DNA from: an uncultured Bacteroidota bacterium
GTDB lineage: Bacteria > Bacteroidota > Bacteroidia > Flavobacteriales > Flavobacteriaceae
Length of the DNA stretch: 64,000 nucleotides
Direction of reading: 5' to 3'
Assembly: GCA_902593075.1 (NCBI GenBank)
Contig: CACJHA010000001.1
Coordinates: 124 to 64,123, forward strand
Shown one piece after another: positions 47,732-57,671 of this stretch (the first letter of the stretch is position 1; every line of letters begins with the position of its first letter). The notes beneath the pieces are model-generated. The model ran no database searches and was not told where the DNA came from. It saw nothing but the letters and a program-made list of their open reading frames with translations. Both the position numbers and the translations under genes were made by a program.

Positions 47732-48876
47732 GATCTCAATCTTTTTAGAACCTCATTCATTTTTTTTGTTTCCGTACATAAAGAAATCCTAACATATCCT
47801 TCTCCTTGAGATCCAAAAATTGATCCAGGAGATATAAAGAAATTATATTTATCCAGCAAATAGTCAACAAACTCTTCTGATTTTAAAGAATCATTTAAAA
47901 TTTTACACCATATAAACATTCCAACACCGCTTTTAGAATATGAAAGATTAAGTTCACTTGCAATTTGTTCTGCTGATTTTCTTCTTTCAGAATACTCTTT
48001 ATTTAGTTTTTCAAACCATCGTTGACCACTACTAAGGGCATTTATTGCTCCTTGCTGAACACAATAAAACATACCTGAATCAAAATTTGATTTAACTTTT
48101 AACACAGCATCTATATACTTTGATTCACCAACCATCATACCAACTCTCCATCCCGCCATATTAAATGATTTACTAAGCGAATTCATTTCTATGGCGACTC
48201 CTTTGGAACTTTTTAGGGATAAAATACTTCTAGGTTTTTTATTTAAAATGAAACTATATGGATTGTCATTTATTAAAAGGATATTATTTTTCTCTGCCCA
48301 ATAAACTAATTCATTTAATTTTTTTTCATCGAAATCTGCACCAGTTGGCATGTGTGGATAATTTATCCACATTAATTTGATTTTTTTTGTTTTCAACCTT
48401 TTTAAATCGTCCATTTTTGGATACCAATTATTTTCCTCAGACAAATTGTAATAAAAAGTCTCTGCTCCAACTAATTTTGAAACGGAATTGTAAGTTGGAT
48501 ATCCTGGGTTTGGAATTAATACCCCATCACCCTTGTTGAGGAAAGCCATGGAAATATGCATAACTCCCTCCTTAGATCCCATTAGAGGTAAAATTTCGTC
48601 AATCGGATTTAACTCCACACCATATTGTTTAAAATAAAATTTTGAAATAGCCTCCCTAAGTTCTGGTAAACCAATATAACTTTGATACATACTCGACCTT
48701 TCATCACGAATGCTTTCTGATAAAGCTTGTTTTACTTCAGGACTAGGAGATAAATCTGGGCTTCCAATAGCCATGTTAATTATAGGCCTTCCAGAAGAAA
48801 TATAATTATTTATTTCTCTCATTTTTTTTGAGAAATAATATTCATCTACATATTTTAATCTTTCAGCTGTGAACAT
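47728..48876 (-). CDS. Class I/II PLP aminotransferase embedded in the aromatic operon
   Basis: 382 aa: NMAIGSPD, NYPHMPTG and SLSKSFNMAGWRVG. It overlaps both neighbouring genes. Confidence 0.85.
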   Translation of the reverse strand: MFTAERLKYVDEYYFSKKMREINNYISSGRPIINMAIGSPDLSPSPEVKQALSESIRDERSSMYQSYIGLPELREAISKFYFKQYGVELNPIDEILPLMGSKEGVMHISMAFLNKGDGVLIPNPGYPTYNSVSKLVGAETFYYNLSEENNWYPKMDDLKRLKTKKIKLMWINYPHMPTGADFDEKKLNELVYWAEKNNILLINDNPYSFILNKKPRSILSLKSSKGVAIEMNSLSKSFNMAGWRVGMMVGESKYIDAVLKVKSNFDSGMFYCVQQGAINALSSGQRWFEKLNKEYSERRKSAEQIASELNLSYSKSGVGMFIWCKILNDSLKSEEFVDYLLDKYNFFISPGSIFGSQGEGYVRISLCTETKKMNEVLKRLRS

Positions 48877-49696
48877 TATTTTTATATTCTAAGTATTGGC
48901 CGATTATTTTAAATTCTAAAGCCATAATTTTAAGGATTGAAACAGCTTTTTGAAAAAAATCTGTGTTTTCAAATTTTACGTCAACAAAAAAAGCATACTT
49001 CCCCGGTGTTTTTATAACCGGTAGGGATTGTATCTTGGTTAGGTTTAAAAGACAATCACTTAGAACATTCAGTATAGCAGCCAAACTCCCCCTTTGATGA
49101 TCTAAGATAAATTTAAGTGATGCCTTGTTATAAAATTTTTTTTTGAAAGGCTCAAGGTTATTTTTTAGAATAACAAATCTCGTTACATTATTATTGATTG
49201 TCTGGATAGACTCTGATATCACATTTAGATTATATGTTTTAGCAGCTTCTTTTGATGCTATAGCTGCAATTCCTTTTAATTTCTTCTCTGAAATTAGTTG
49301 AGCTACTTTTGCTGTATCAGTTGCCTCCACTAAACTAATATGATCATAATCATTAAAAAATTCTTTACATTGTAAAAGTGCCATTGGATGAGAGTGCACT
49401 TCTTTAATATCTTTCAATGTTTGGTTTTCAAAACACATCAAATTATGATTAATGGAAAAATTATATTCACCTATTACGTGTACATTGGAATTGTCAATCA
49501 AAGCATAATTTGGTAAAATTGAACCTGCAATTGAATTTTCAAGAGCCATTACTCCCCTTTCGACTTCCTTTTGATTTAGCCTATCAATAATTTCTTGAAA
49601 AGTATTACATTCAACAATATCAACAGTTGGTCCAAAATAATTCAGAGCAACTAAGTGGTGAAAAGAACCTTTAATACCTTGAATAGCTATTTTCAT
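48863..49696 (-). CDS. pheA: Prephenate dehydratase
   Basis: 277 aa: IAIQGIKGSFH, ENSIAGS, TRFVIL and a C-terminal ACT domain. Confidence 0.9.
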   Translation of the reverse strand: MKIAIQGIKGSFHHLVALNYFGPTVDIVECNTFQEIIDRLNQKEVERGVMALENSIAGSILPNYALIDNSNVHVIGEYNFSINHNLMCFENQTLKDIKEVHSHPMALLQCKEFFNDYDHISLVEATDTAKVAQLISEKKLKGIAAIASKEAAKTYNLNVISESIQTINNNVTRFVILKNNLEPFKKKFYNKASLKFILDHQRGSLAAILNVLSDCLLNLTKIQSLPVIKTPGKYAFFVDVKFENTDFFQKAVSILKIMALEFKIIGQYLEYKNNVHS

Positions 49697-49706
49697 TTCA
49701 TTTATT

Positions 49707-49736
49707 TAAAAAAAAAGTCCTGAAAATTCAGGACTA
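49707..49736 (-). terminator. Attenuator terminator hairpin upstream of pheA
   Basis: Minus-strand RNA reads AGUCCUGA-AUUU-UCAGGACU (8-bp stem, 49735-49716). It runs into a 9-U tract and ends 11 nt before the pheA AUG. Confidence 0.8.
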
Positions 49737-49766
49737 CCATTTTATTTACAAGCGTATACTATAGTC

Positions 49767-49826
49767 CTAACTATTATTAAAATAAAAGTAGAAGAAGTAA
49801 AACTTTGTTGTAATTATATTTTTCAT
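49767..49826 (-). CDS. Phe/Tyr-rich leader peptide MKNIITTKFYFFYFYFNNS
   Basis: ATG AAA AAT ATA ATT ACA ACA AAG TTT TAC TTC TTC TAC TTT TAT TTT AAT AAT AGT TAG. Codons 9-16 are all Phe or Tyr. The stop codon overlaps the antiterminator segment AGGACUA. Confidence 0.75.
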   Translation of the reverse strand: MKNIITTKFYFFYFYFNNS

Positions 49827-49833
49827 TTAGCTG

Positions 49834-49841
49834 CAAATCTA
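49834..49841 (-). promoter_or_regulatory. Candidate -7 promoter box (TAGATTTG) for the phe/tyr leader
   Basis: TAnnTTTG match 7 nt upstream of the leader ATG, with a TTTG 19 nt further upstream (-33-like). Confidence 0.5.
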
Positions 49842-49919
49842 ATATCCTAAGAGATAAAAACAAAATATTTGATATGTTTATTAAATAACAATCATTAAAT
49901 TAATTTGAAAACTTAGAAT

Positions 49920-51533
49920 ATGAACATATCGAATTTTAGATTGAAATTAATATTAATTGTATCATTTATAATGATTCACTCTTGTCAAAAAATAAGTAAA
50001 AAAGAGGATTTAAATGACTTTGTTTACTTAGAAACTACAATCGAAAGCCTAATTATTGGTTATAAAAATGGAGATATTAAGGCTGTCGAGGTTATAAAAG
50101 AATATATAGATAGGATTAAAAAAATTGATATGGCTGGTCCTAATCTTCGTTCTTTAATACAAGTAAATCCCGATGCTGTTAAAATTGCTTCTGAACTTGA
50201 TAATCTATTAGCTGAAGGTGAATTAAAAGGTCCTTTGCATGGGATCCCGGTAATCTTAAAAGATAATATTGACAGTGGTGATAAAATGAATACAACTGCA
50301 GGTTCAAGGGCATTAATTAATTCAAAAGCAAATGAGGATGCATTTATTGTAAAAAAGCTAAGAGAATCAGGTGCAGTGATATTAGGGAAAGCAAATCTAA
50401 GCGAATGGGCAAATTTTCGGGGTCAAAATTCAACAAGTGGATGGAGTGGTATCAAAGGCCAAACAAAAAACCCCTATGTACTTTCAAGAAACCCTTGCGG
50501 TTCAAGCTCAGGGTCTGGGGTTGCTGTTTCAGCTAATTTAACTGTATTAGCTATAGGTACTGAAACTAATGGTTCAATCATGTGTCCATCTAATGCCAAT
50601 GGGATAGTGGGAATAAAACCTACAGTTGGGTTAATTAGTAGAACAGGAATTATACCTATTTCATTTACTCAAGATACTTCTGGCCCAATGGCAAGAACAT
50701 TAAGTGATGCGGTTATAGCTTTAAATGTTATGAAAGGACAAGACTCTTTAGATTCCAAAACATTATCCATCCCTAATAAAAATTTGGACTACACTAAATT
50801 TTTGAGAAAAGGAGGGATAAAAAATAAAAGGATTGGAGTATACAGTTTACCATTAGGAAACAAATCTAGAAGGAAAGGATATAATGCTGATGTTGACAGT
50901 TTATTTAAAAAATCTATTAAATTAATTAGTTCACTAGGTGGAGAAATTATTGAGATAGATACAATTAATCACAGAGATAATGGTGTTCATTCATTCAATG
51001 TAATGCTTCACGAATACAAAGATGGATTAAACAAATATTTTAAAAATTTAAAAAATGATTCTCAGATAAAGAATTTAGATGACTTAATTGAGTTCAATGA
51101 AAAAGATTCAATTGAACTTAAATTTTTTAATCAGTTATATTTAAAACTAGCAAATGAAACAGAAGGAACGGAAAGTGATAAATATAAAAATTCTCTTTTA
51201 TTACTTAATAAATATAGTAAAGAAGACGGTATTGACAGGGTGATGAATAAACATAATCTAGATGCAATTATATCTCCAACAGGTAGCCCTGCTTGGAGTT
51301 CAGATCTTTTAAACGGTGACAATTATCACATTGGAAGTTCTTCCCCTGCAGCCCGAGCTGGTTATCCAAATATCACAATTCCCATGGGTAATGTTCATGG
51401 ACTTCCAGTTGGGATTTCATTTTTTGGTAGGGCTTGGAGTGAGAGCAAACTAATTGAAATTGCATTTGATTTCGAACAAGTTTCAAAAGCAAGGATTATT
51501 CCGAATTTTAAATTAAATGACGAAAATCTTTAA
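49920..51533 (+). CDS. Amidase (amidase-signature family), probable lipoprotein
   Basis: 537 aa with signal plus lipobox IHSCQ. AS blocks: GIPVILKDNI, GGSSSG-like CGSSSGSGVAV and GTETNGSI. Confidence 0.85.
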   Translation: MNISNFRLKLILIVSFIMIHSCQKISKKEDLNDFVYLETTIESLIIGYKNGDIKAVEVIKEYIDRIKKIDMAGPNLRSLIQVNPDAVKIASELDNLLAEGELKGPLHGIPVILKDNIDSGDKMNTTAGSRALINSKANEDAFIVKKLRESGAVILGKANLSEWANFRGQNSTSGWSGIKGQTKNPYVLSRNPCGSSSGSGVAVSANLTVLAIGTETNGSIMCPSNANGIVGIKPTVGLISRTGIIPISFTQDTSGPMARTLSDAVIALNVMKGQDSLDSKTLSIPNKNLDYTKFLRKGGIKNKRIGVYSLPLGNKSRRKGYNADVDSLFKKSIKLISSLGGEIIEIDTINHRDNGVHSFNVMLHEYKDGLNKYFKNLKNDSQIKNLDDLIEFNEKDSIELKFFNQLYLKLANETEGTESDKYKNSLLLLNKYSKEDGIDRVMNKHNLDAIISPTGSPAWSSDLLNGDNYHIGSSSPAARAGYPNITIPMGNVHGLPVGISFFGRAWSESKLIEIAFDFEQVSKARIIPNFKLNDENL

Positions 51534-51581
51534 TTTCTATGGTCAGATTTTATCTTAAGATTCAATAATATCTTTTAAAAT

Positions 51582-52538
51582 TTAAAAAACAGATTCTGCG
51601 ATACATTTAATATTATCTGAACGTCCCATAGTATAATAATGAAGAAAAGGAACTCCGGCTTTTTTTAGTTCCTTGCTTTGTTCAATACACCATTCAATTC
51701 CAACTTGTCTTATTTGATTGTTGTTTTTACACTTTATAACTGATTTGATTAAATCATCTGGTAAGTCAACATAAAATCTTTGGGGAAGAACGTTTAGTTG
51801 TTTTTTTGTTGAAATTGGTTTTAACCCAGGGATTATTGGAACATTGATTTTATTTTCCAAACATTTTTTTTGAAAGTCAAAAAACTTTTGATTATCAAAA
51901 AACATCTGGGTAACGATATAATGGGCACCTGCGTCAATCTTTTTCTTCAAAAAATGTATATCACTGTCAAAACTTGGAGCCTCAATATGTTTTTCTGGAT
52001 AACCTGAAACTCCAATGCAAAAGTTTGTTTTTGCGTTATTTTGAATTTCTTCGTCTAAATATTTTCCGTTATTAAGGTCAACAATTTGTTTGACAAGATC
52101 ACTTGCAAAAGAATTTCCATCAACACTTGGTTTAAAATATACCTCAGATTTTAATGAATCCCCTCTAAGAGCTACAACATTTTCAATTCCTAAGAAATCT
52201 AAATCTATGAGCAGATTTTCCGTTTCTTCTTTTGAAAACCCTCCACAAAGAACATGTGGAACAGCATCTATATCATATTTATTTTGCAGGGCAGCACATA
52301 TTCCTACTGTTCCTGGTCTTTTTCTTATGACATGTTTTTGCAACAAACCGTTATCTAACTCTCTGTAAACATACTCCTCTCTATGATAGGTTACATCTAT
52401 AAAGGGTGGTTTAAACTCCATAAGTGGATCAATTGCATCAAAAATCGATTCAAGATTTTGTCCTTTTAAAGGCGGTAATATCTCAAAAGTAAATTGAGAT
52501 GAATCCTTCTTATTTTTAAGATGATCTATAATTTTCAT
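51582..52538 (-). CDS. metF: Methylenetetrahydrofolate reductase
   Basis: 318 aa: FTFEILPP, NVVALRGD and YIVTQMFFD. Confidence 0.9.
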   Translation of the reverse strand: MKIIDHLKNKKDSSQFTFEILPPLKGQNLESIFDAIDPLMEFKPPFIDVTYHREEYVYRELDNGLLQKHVIRKRPGTVGICAALQNKYDIDAVPHVLCGGFSKEETENLLIDLDFLGIENVVALRGDSLKSEVYFKPSVDGNSFASDLVKQIVDLNNGKYLDEEIQNNAKTNFCIGVSGYPEKHIEAPSFDSDIHFLKKKIDAGAHYIVTQMFFDNQKFFDFQKKCLENKINVPIIPGLKPISTKKQLNVLPQRFYVDLPDDLIKSVIKCKNNNQIRQVGIEWCIEQSKELKKAGVPFLHYYTMGRSDNIKCIAESVF

Positions 52539-52541
52539 AGT

Positions 52542-55229
52542 TTAAAAGTTTAAATTTGGTTTTAACCACTTAATTGCATTTTCAAGAGTTATTTTTTTTC
52601 TACTTGCATAATCCTCTACTTGATCTTTAGAAATTTTCCCCAATCCAAAATATTTTGCACTAGGATTTGCAAAATAATATCCTGAAACAGAGGACGCAGG
52701 CCACATCGCTAGACTTTCTGTCAATGAAACACCAATATTTTTTTCAACATTAAGAATATTCCAAATTGTTTTTTTCTCTAAATGATCTGGACATGCAGGA
52801 TATCCTGGAGCAGGTCTAATGCCAGAGTACTTTTCTTTAATTAAATCATCATTGTTAAATTTCTCCTCAGGTGAATACCCCCAGTATTCAGTTCTCACCT
52901 TTTTGTGTAAATATTCTGCATATGCTTCAGCCAATCTATCGGCTAAAGCTTTTACCATTATTGAGTTATAATCATCGTTATTATTTTCATAGTATTTGGA
53001 TAATTTGTCTGCTCCAATACCTGTAGTAACACAAAAAACACCTAAATAATCGCAATGTCCAGTATTTTTGGGAGCAATATAATCAGACAGAGACAAGTTC
53101 GGTTTATCATTTCTTTTCATTAGCTGTTGCCTTAATGTATAAAAAGTTCCCAAAAGCTTTTTTTTATCCTTTGGAGAATATACCTCAATATCGTCACCTA
53201 CGCTGTTAGCGGGAAATAACCCAAAAATAGATTTTGCTTGAAGAGATTTATTTTTTAAAATTTTTTGAAGTAACTGATTAGCATCAGAAAATAATTCTTT
53301 AGCTTGTTTACCAACAATTTTATCTTCCAATATTTCTGGATATCGACCATGTAAATCCCAAGTTCTAAAAAAGGGACTCCAATCAATATATTCAATTAAT
53401 TCTTCTAAATTTTGATTTTTTGTAATTGTGATTCCAAGGTTCTTAGGTTTGGTGGTTTCAAACTCTTCCCAATTTAATTTTATTTTATTTTTCCTAGCTG
53501 ATTTTATACTTATAAGTTCTTTTTTAACTTGCCTTTGTAAAAATTTATTTCGAAAATCTTCATACTCTTTTCTTATCGTTTGTTTATAAACAACTGATGT
53601 TTTTTTATTTAATAGACTTCTTGCAACGGTAACTGCTCTAGATGCATCATTTACATGTACAACTGTAGTATTTAGTTCTGGGGTTATTTTCACAGCCGTA
53701 TGCGCTTTAGAAGTTGTAGCTCCTCCTATTAATAGTGGAATATTTATTTTCTGTCTTTTTAGCTCCTGAGCTATAAAAATCATTTCATCCAAGGATGGTG
53801 TGATTAATCCTGATAATCCGATAAGATCAACATTTTCATCTTTTGCTGTTTTTAAAATCTTTTCAGGTGGCACCATGACTCCTAAATCTATTATTTCAAA
53901 ATTATTACAGCCTAGAACAACACTAACTATATTTTTTCCAATATCATGTACATCTCCTTTAACTGTCGCTATTAGAATTTTACCAGCAACTTTTTGTTTT
54001 CCACTTTCTTTTCCTGATTCAATATAAGGTAATAGGTATGAAACTGCATTTTTCATTACTCTCGCGGATTTAACAACTTGTGGTAAAAACATTTTACCAG
54101 ACCCAAACAAATCTCCAACTATATTCATTCCATTCATCAAAAAAACTTCAATAACCTCTATTGGCTTACCAACTGTTTTTCTAGCTTCTTCAACATCATG
54201 ATGTATAAATTCATCTATACCTTTTACTAGAGAATGGGTAATTCTACCTTGTAAATCTAAGTTTCTCCAGGACTTTTCTTTGAGTTTGGTTGTCTTCTTT
54301 TCATCAGAAAGGTCTTCAGCAAATTCAAGCAATCTTTGAGTTGCATCATCCCTTCGGTTTAATAAAACATCCTCAATGTGTAGAAGTAAATCTTTTGGTA
54401 TTTCGTCATAAACTTCAAGCATTTCTGGATTTACAATACCCATGTTCATACCATTTTTAATTCCATGATATAAAAATGCAGAATGCATGGCTTCTCTGAC
54501 TTTATTATTACCTCGAAAAGAAAAAGAAACATTGCTTACGCCCCCACTAACACTTGAATAAGGTAAATTTTTTCTTATCCAATTGGCTGACTTAAAAAAA
54601 TCGATAGCATTTGTCTTATGCTCATCCATTCCAGTTGCAACAGGAAAGATATTTGGATCAAAAATGATGTCCTCAGGAGGAAAATGAACTTTTTTTGTTA
54701 AAATTTTGTATGCTCTTTCACATATTTGAATTCTCCTCAAATAATTATCTGCTTGTCCATTTTCATCAAATGCCATAATAACTACTGCTGCACCATATCT
54801 TCTAATCTTTGTGGCATTTTCAACGAATTTCTTTTCACCATCTTTTAAACTTATAGAGTTTACTACACACTTACCTTGAACCAGTTTTAATCCAGCTTCT
54901 ACAACCTCCCATTTAGAGGAATCAATCATAATTGGGATTCTAGAAATATCTGGTTCTGAAACAATTAAATTTAAAAATTTTGTCATTGCTTCAACTCCAT
55001 CAATCATACCTTCATCCATGTTGACGTCCAAAATCTGTGCTCCCCCTTCAACTTGATCCCTAGCAACTTCAACCGCAGATTTAAAGTTATCTTCTTTGAT
55101 ATATTTTAAAAATTTTCTAGATCCAGTAACATTTGTCCTTTCTCCAATATTTACGAAATTAGATTCTGGAGTTATAATTAGGGGTTCTAGACCAGATAAT
55201 TTTAGATACTTATCCATCCTCGAATTCAA
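52542..55229 (-). CDS. metH: Methionine synthase, pterin-binding + cobalamin-binding + AdoMet-activation modules (split MetH, large part)
   Basis: 895 aa: [14 protein letters not shown] and the B12 motif [12 protein letters not shown] plus SGL. The C-terminal activation domain contains [12 protein letters not shown]. The track start is TTG 55229, and ATG at 55217 ([13 protein letters not shown]) is an alternative. Confidence 0.93.
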   Translation of the reverse strand: MNSRMDKYLKLSGLEPLIITPESNFVNIGERTNVTGSRKFLKYIKEDNFKSAVEVARDQVEGGAQILDVNMDEGMIDGVEAMTKFLNLIVSEPDISRIPIMIDSSKWEVVEAGLKLVQGKCVVNSISLKDGEKKFVENATKIRRYGAAVVIMAFDENGQADNYLRRIQICERAYKILTKKVHFPPEDIIFDPNIFPVATGMDEHKTNAIDFFKSANWIRKNLPYSSVSGGVSNVSFSFRGNNKVREAMHSAFLYHGIKNGMNMGIVNPEMLEVYDEIPKDLLLHIEDVLLNRRDDATQRLLEFAEDLSDEKKTTKLKEKSWRNLDLQGRITHSLVKGIDEFIHHDVEEARKTVGKPIEVIEVFLMNGMNIVGDLFGSGKMFLPQVVKSARVMKNAVSYLLPYIESGKESGKQKVAGKILIATVKGDVHDIGKNIVSVVLGCNNFEIIDLGVMVPPEKILKTAKDENVDLIGLSGLITPSLDEMIFIAQELKRQKINIPLLIGGATTSKAHTAVKITPELNTTVVHVNDASRAVTVARSLLNKKTSVVYKQTIRKEYEDFRNKFLQRQVKKELISIKSARKNKIKLNWEEFETTKPKNLGITITKNQNLEELIEYIDWSPFFRTWDLHGRYPEILEDKIVGKQAKELFSDANQLLQKILKNKSLQAKSIFGLFPANSVGDDIEVYSPKDKKKLLGTFYTLRQQLMKRNDKPNLSLSDYIAPKNTGHCDYLGVFCVTTGIGADKLSKYYENNNDDYNSIMVKALADRLAEAYAEYLHKKVRTEYWGYSPEEKFNNDDLIKEKYSGIRPAPGYPACPDHLEKKTIWNILNVEKNIGVSLTESLAMWPASSVSGYYFANPSAKYFGLGKISKDQVEDYASRKKITLENAIKWLKPNLNF

Positions 55230-56209
55230 ATTTTTCTAGGTTTATAATTTCTAGCAACTTCAGCTATTAATCTAATATGTTCAGGCTTTGTCCCACAACA
55301 ACCTCCAACTATATTAATTATATTTTCTTTTAAGTAATTTTCAATAAGATCTGACATTTCAGTTGCTGTTTGGTCATAAGCACCAAAGGCATTTGGAAGA
55401 CCAGCATTTGGATGTACAGACGTGTAGGTGTCCGTGATTTTTGATAATCTCTTTACGTAGGGTAAGAGTTGGTCAGCTCCTAATGCACAATTAAATCCAA
55501 TACTTAAAAGTGGGATATGTGAAATTGAAATAACAAATGCTTCCACAGTTTGACCCGACAAGGTTCTTCCACTTGCATCCGTAATTGTACCACTAACCAT
55601 TACTGGAATATCTAATTTTTTTTCGCTTTTTATTTTATCAATTGCAAATAGAGCCGCTTTAGCATTTAAAGTGTCAAAAATAGTTTCTACAAACAAAATA
55701 TCAACACCGCCATCGATTAAGCCAAGAATCTGCTCTGAATAACAGTATACTAAATTGTCAAATGATACGGTTCTGTGTGCAGGATCATTAACATCTGGAG
55801 ATAAACTTGCCGTTCTATTGGTTGGTCCAATTGAACCTGCAACAAAGATTTCAGAATCTTTTGTTTTATTACAAAACTCATCTTTTGCTTCCTTAGCAAT
55901 TTTTGCACCCGCATGATTAAAATCATACGCGTATTTTTCCATTCCGTAGTCTGCAAGACTTATAGATGTTGAGTTGAAAGTGTTTGTCTCTATTATATCA
56001 GCTCCTGCCTCTAAATAGCTCCTATGTATTGTTTTAATTAGATCTGGTTTGGTTATATTAAGTAAGTCATTATTTCCTTTCAGTGGCTCTTTATGATTAA
56101 CAAATCTTTTTCCTCTAAAGTCATTTTCATCAAGAGAGTGTTCTTGAATCATAGTGCCCATTGGTCCATCTAATATCATTATTCTTTCATTAAGGATTTT
56201 TTCTATCAT
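55226..56209 (-). CDS. metH: Homocysteine S-methyltransferase domain protein (split MetH, N-terminal module)
   Basis: 327 aa: [15 protein letters not shown] and the Zn ligands GFNCALG and GGCCGT. Confidence 0.9.
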   Translation of the reverse strand: MIEKILNERIMILDGPMGTMIQEHSLDENDFRGKRFVNHKEPLKGNNDLLNITKPDLIKTIHRSYLEAGADIIETNTFNSTSISLADYGMEKYAYDFNHAGAKIAKEAKDEFCNKTKDSEIFVAGSIGPTNRTASLSPDVNDPAHRTVSFDNLVYCYSEQILGLIDGGVDILFVETIFDTLNAKAALFAIDKIKSEKKLDIPVMVSGTITDASGRTLSGQTVEAFVISISHIPLLSIGFNCALGADQLLPYVKRLSKITDTYTSVHPNAGLPNAFGAYDQTATEMSDLIENYLKENIINIVGGCCGTKPEHIRLIAEVARNYKPRKI

Positions 56210-56267
56210 CTTTGTTGAATTTGATTACAAATGATTAAAAAATAGATTTTTTTGTTTTTAATAAATT

Positions 56268-56708
56268 CTATATCCTCTTACCGTTTAGAATAATGTCAAA
56301 ATTTATAGTTGCAACACTGTCTATCATTTTAGAAACGGAACAGTACTTTTGGTAAGATAATTCTGCAGCCCTTTTGGCCTTTTCAGTAGTAATATTTTTT
56401 CCATCTAAGAAAATTTCAATATCAATTGAATCAAATGTTGAAGGAATTTTATTTTTGTCTCTGTTACCTAAAACTTTCATTTTTAATGATGTTGGATTGA
56501 TTTTTTGTTTATTCAAAATATCAATTATATCAATACTACTGCACCCAGCCAAGCCCATAAGTAAAACTTCCATTGGACTGACCCCTCTTACAACTCCCGT
56601 TTTTTTTGATCTATTGTCTAAAAAAACCCTGTGTCCTTGAGTGTTTTTTGCTTCAAATAGATAATCGCTGTTTACTCTTTCTAATGTTATTTCCATTTTC
56701 AGATTCAA
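56268..56708 (-). CDS. OsmC/Ohr-family protein
   Basis: 146 aa with the OsmC fold blocks SPMEVLLMGLAGCSSIDI and YCSVSKM. The ATG at 56696 is an alternative start. Confidence 0.8.
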   Translation of the reverse strand: MNLKMEITLERVNSDYLFEAKNTQGHRVFLDNRSKKTGVVRGVSPMEVLLMGLAGCSSIDIIDILNKQKINPTSLKMKVLGNRDKNKIPSTFDSIDIEIFLDGKNITTEKAKRAAELSYQKYCSVSKMIDSVATINFDIILNGKRI

Positions 56709-57663
56709 ATAATATTTTACTTAAAATTTTCGACATTTTTTTATTTTCTATCAAAAATCCGTCATGCCCATGAACAGATTGTATAATATGATGATATACA
56801 TTTTGCTTAACTGACTTGATTAAGTTATAGGTATAAATATCTCTTTCAAGTGTGAAATAATAATCACTATCAATACTTACAATATGTATATTAGATTCAA
56901 TATTAGATAATACATCCTTCGGGTCTTTTTCGTCTCCAGTAATATCAACTGTTGACAATAAGTGATTCATCGCGTTGTAGGCCTCAAGGTTAAATCTTTT
57001 TAGAATACTTTCACCATGAAATGAAAGCCACTCTTCAACCAAAGAGGTGCCTTTTTCGTTTTTTTTATTAGAAAACCTATTGTTTAAAGAGATTGGAGTT
57101 CTGTAACTTAACATGGCATGTATTCTGGCATCTTCAAGAGGATTTTTTGAGTTTTTTAAAATTCTTTTTTGTAAATACGTGTTAGCTAAAATCCAATCAG
57201 ATATTTGCCAATCACAAGCTACAGGAATAATGTTTTCGGCAAATTTATTTTTTAGTGAGGCCATTTCCCATGTAATACCCCCTCCAATAGATCCACCAAC
57301 TATAGCAAATAAACTAGAAACACCAATTTTTTCAAGCCCCAAATAAAACATCTTGGCAATATCCTTACAGCTCAATTCCATATAATTTTCAATTGTTGGA
57401 TGATAATATCCGTTGCCAGGTATGTCAAAGGCAATAACAGTGAAAAATTTCAAATCAATAGCTTTGTCAGCCCCAACAATTTCTGACCACCAACCTTTGT
57501 CTCCAGTTAAACTTGAATTACCCGTTAAGGAATGATTAACAAGTATAATTGGTGAATCTCCGATTTCTTGACCATATAGTTGGTAGGATAGATAAACTTT
57601 ATCAAACATAAAGCCAGTATTTGACTTAAAATTTTTTATAGTAATGCTATGCAATTTTGGCAT
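56653..57663 (-). CDS. metX: Homoserine O-acetyltransferase
   Basis: 336-aa alpha/beta hydrolase: ILVNHSLTGNS, the nucleophile elbow GGSIGG and HGHDGFL. Confidence 0.85.
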   Translation of the reverse strand: MPKLHSITIKNFKSNTGFMFDKVYLSYQLYGQEIGDSPIILVNHSLTGNSSLTGDKGWWSEIVGADKAIDLKFFTVIAFDIPGNGYYHPTIENYMELSCKDIAKMFYLGLEKIGVSSLFAIVGGSIGGGITWEMASLKNKFAENIIPVACDWQISDWILANTYLQKRILKNSKNPLEDARIHAMLSYRTPISLNNRFSNKKNEKGTSLVEEWLSFHGESILKRFNLEAYNAMNHLLSTVDITGDEKDPKDVLSNIESNIHIVSIDSDYYFTLERDIYTYNLIKSVKQNVYHHIIQSVHGHDGFLIENKKMSKILSKILFESENGNNIRKSKQRLSI

Positions 57664-57671
57664 ATTTAATA

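Noticed and set aside
56210-56267. Possible cobalamin or S-box riboswitch within the met operon (upstream of the metH modules)
   Set aside because: The gap is only 58 nt, is extremely AT-rich, and lacks the conserved B12-box or S-box core sequences.
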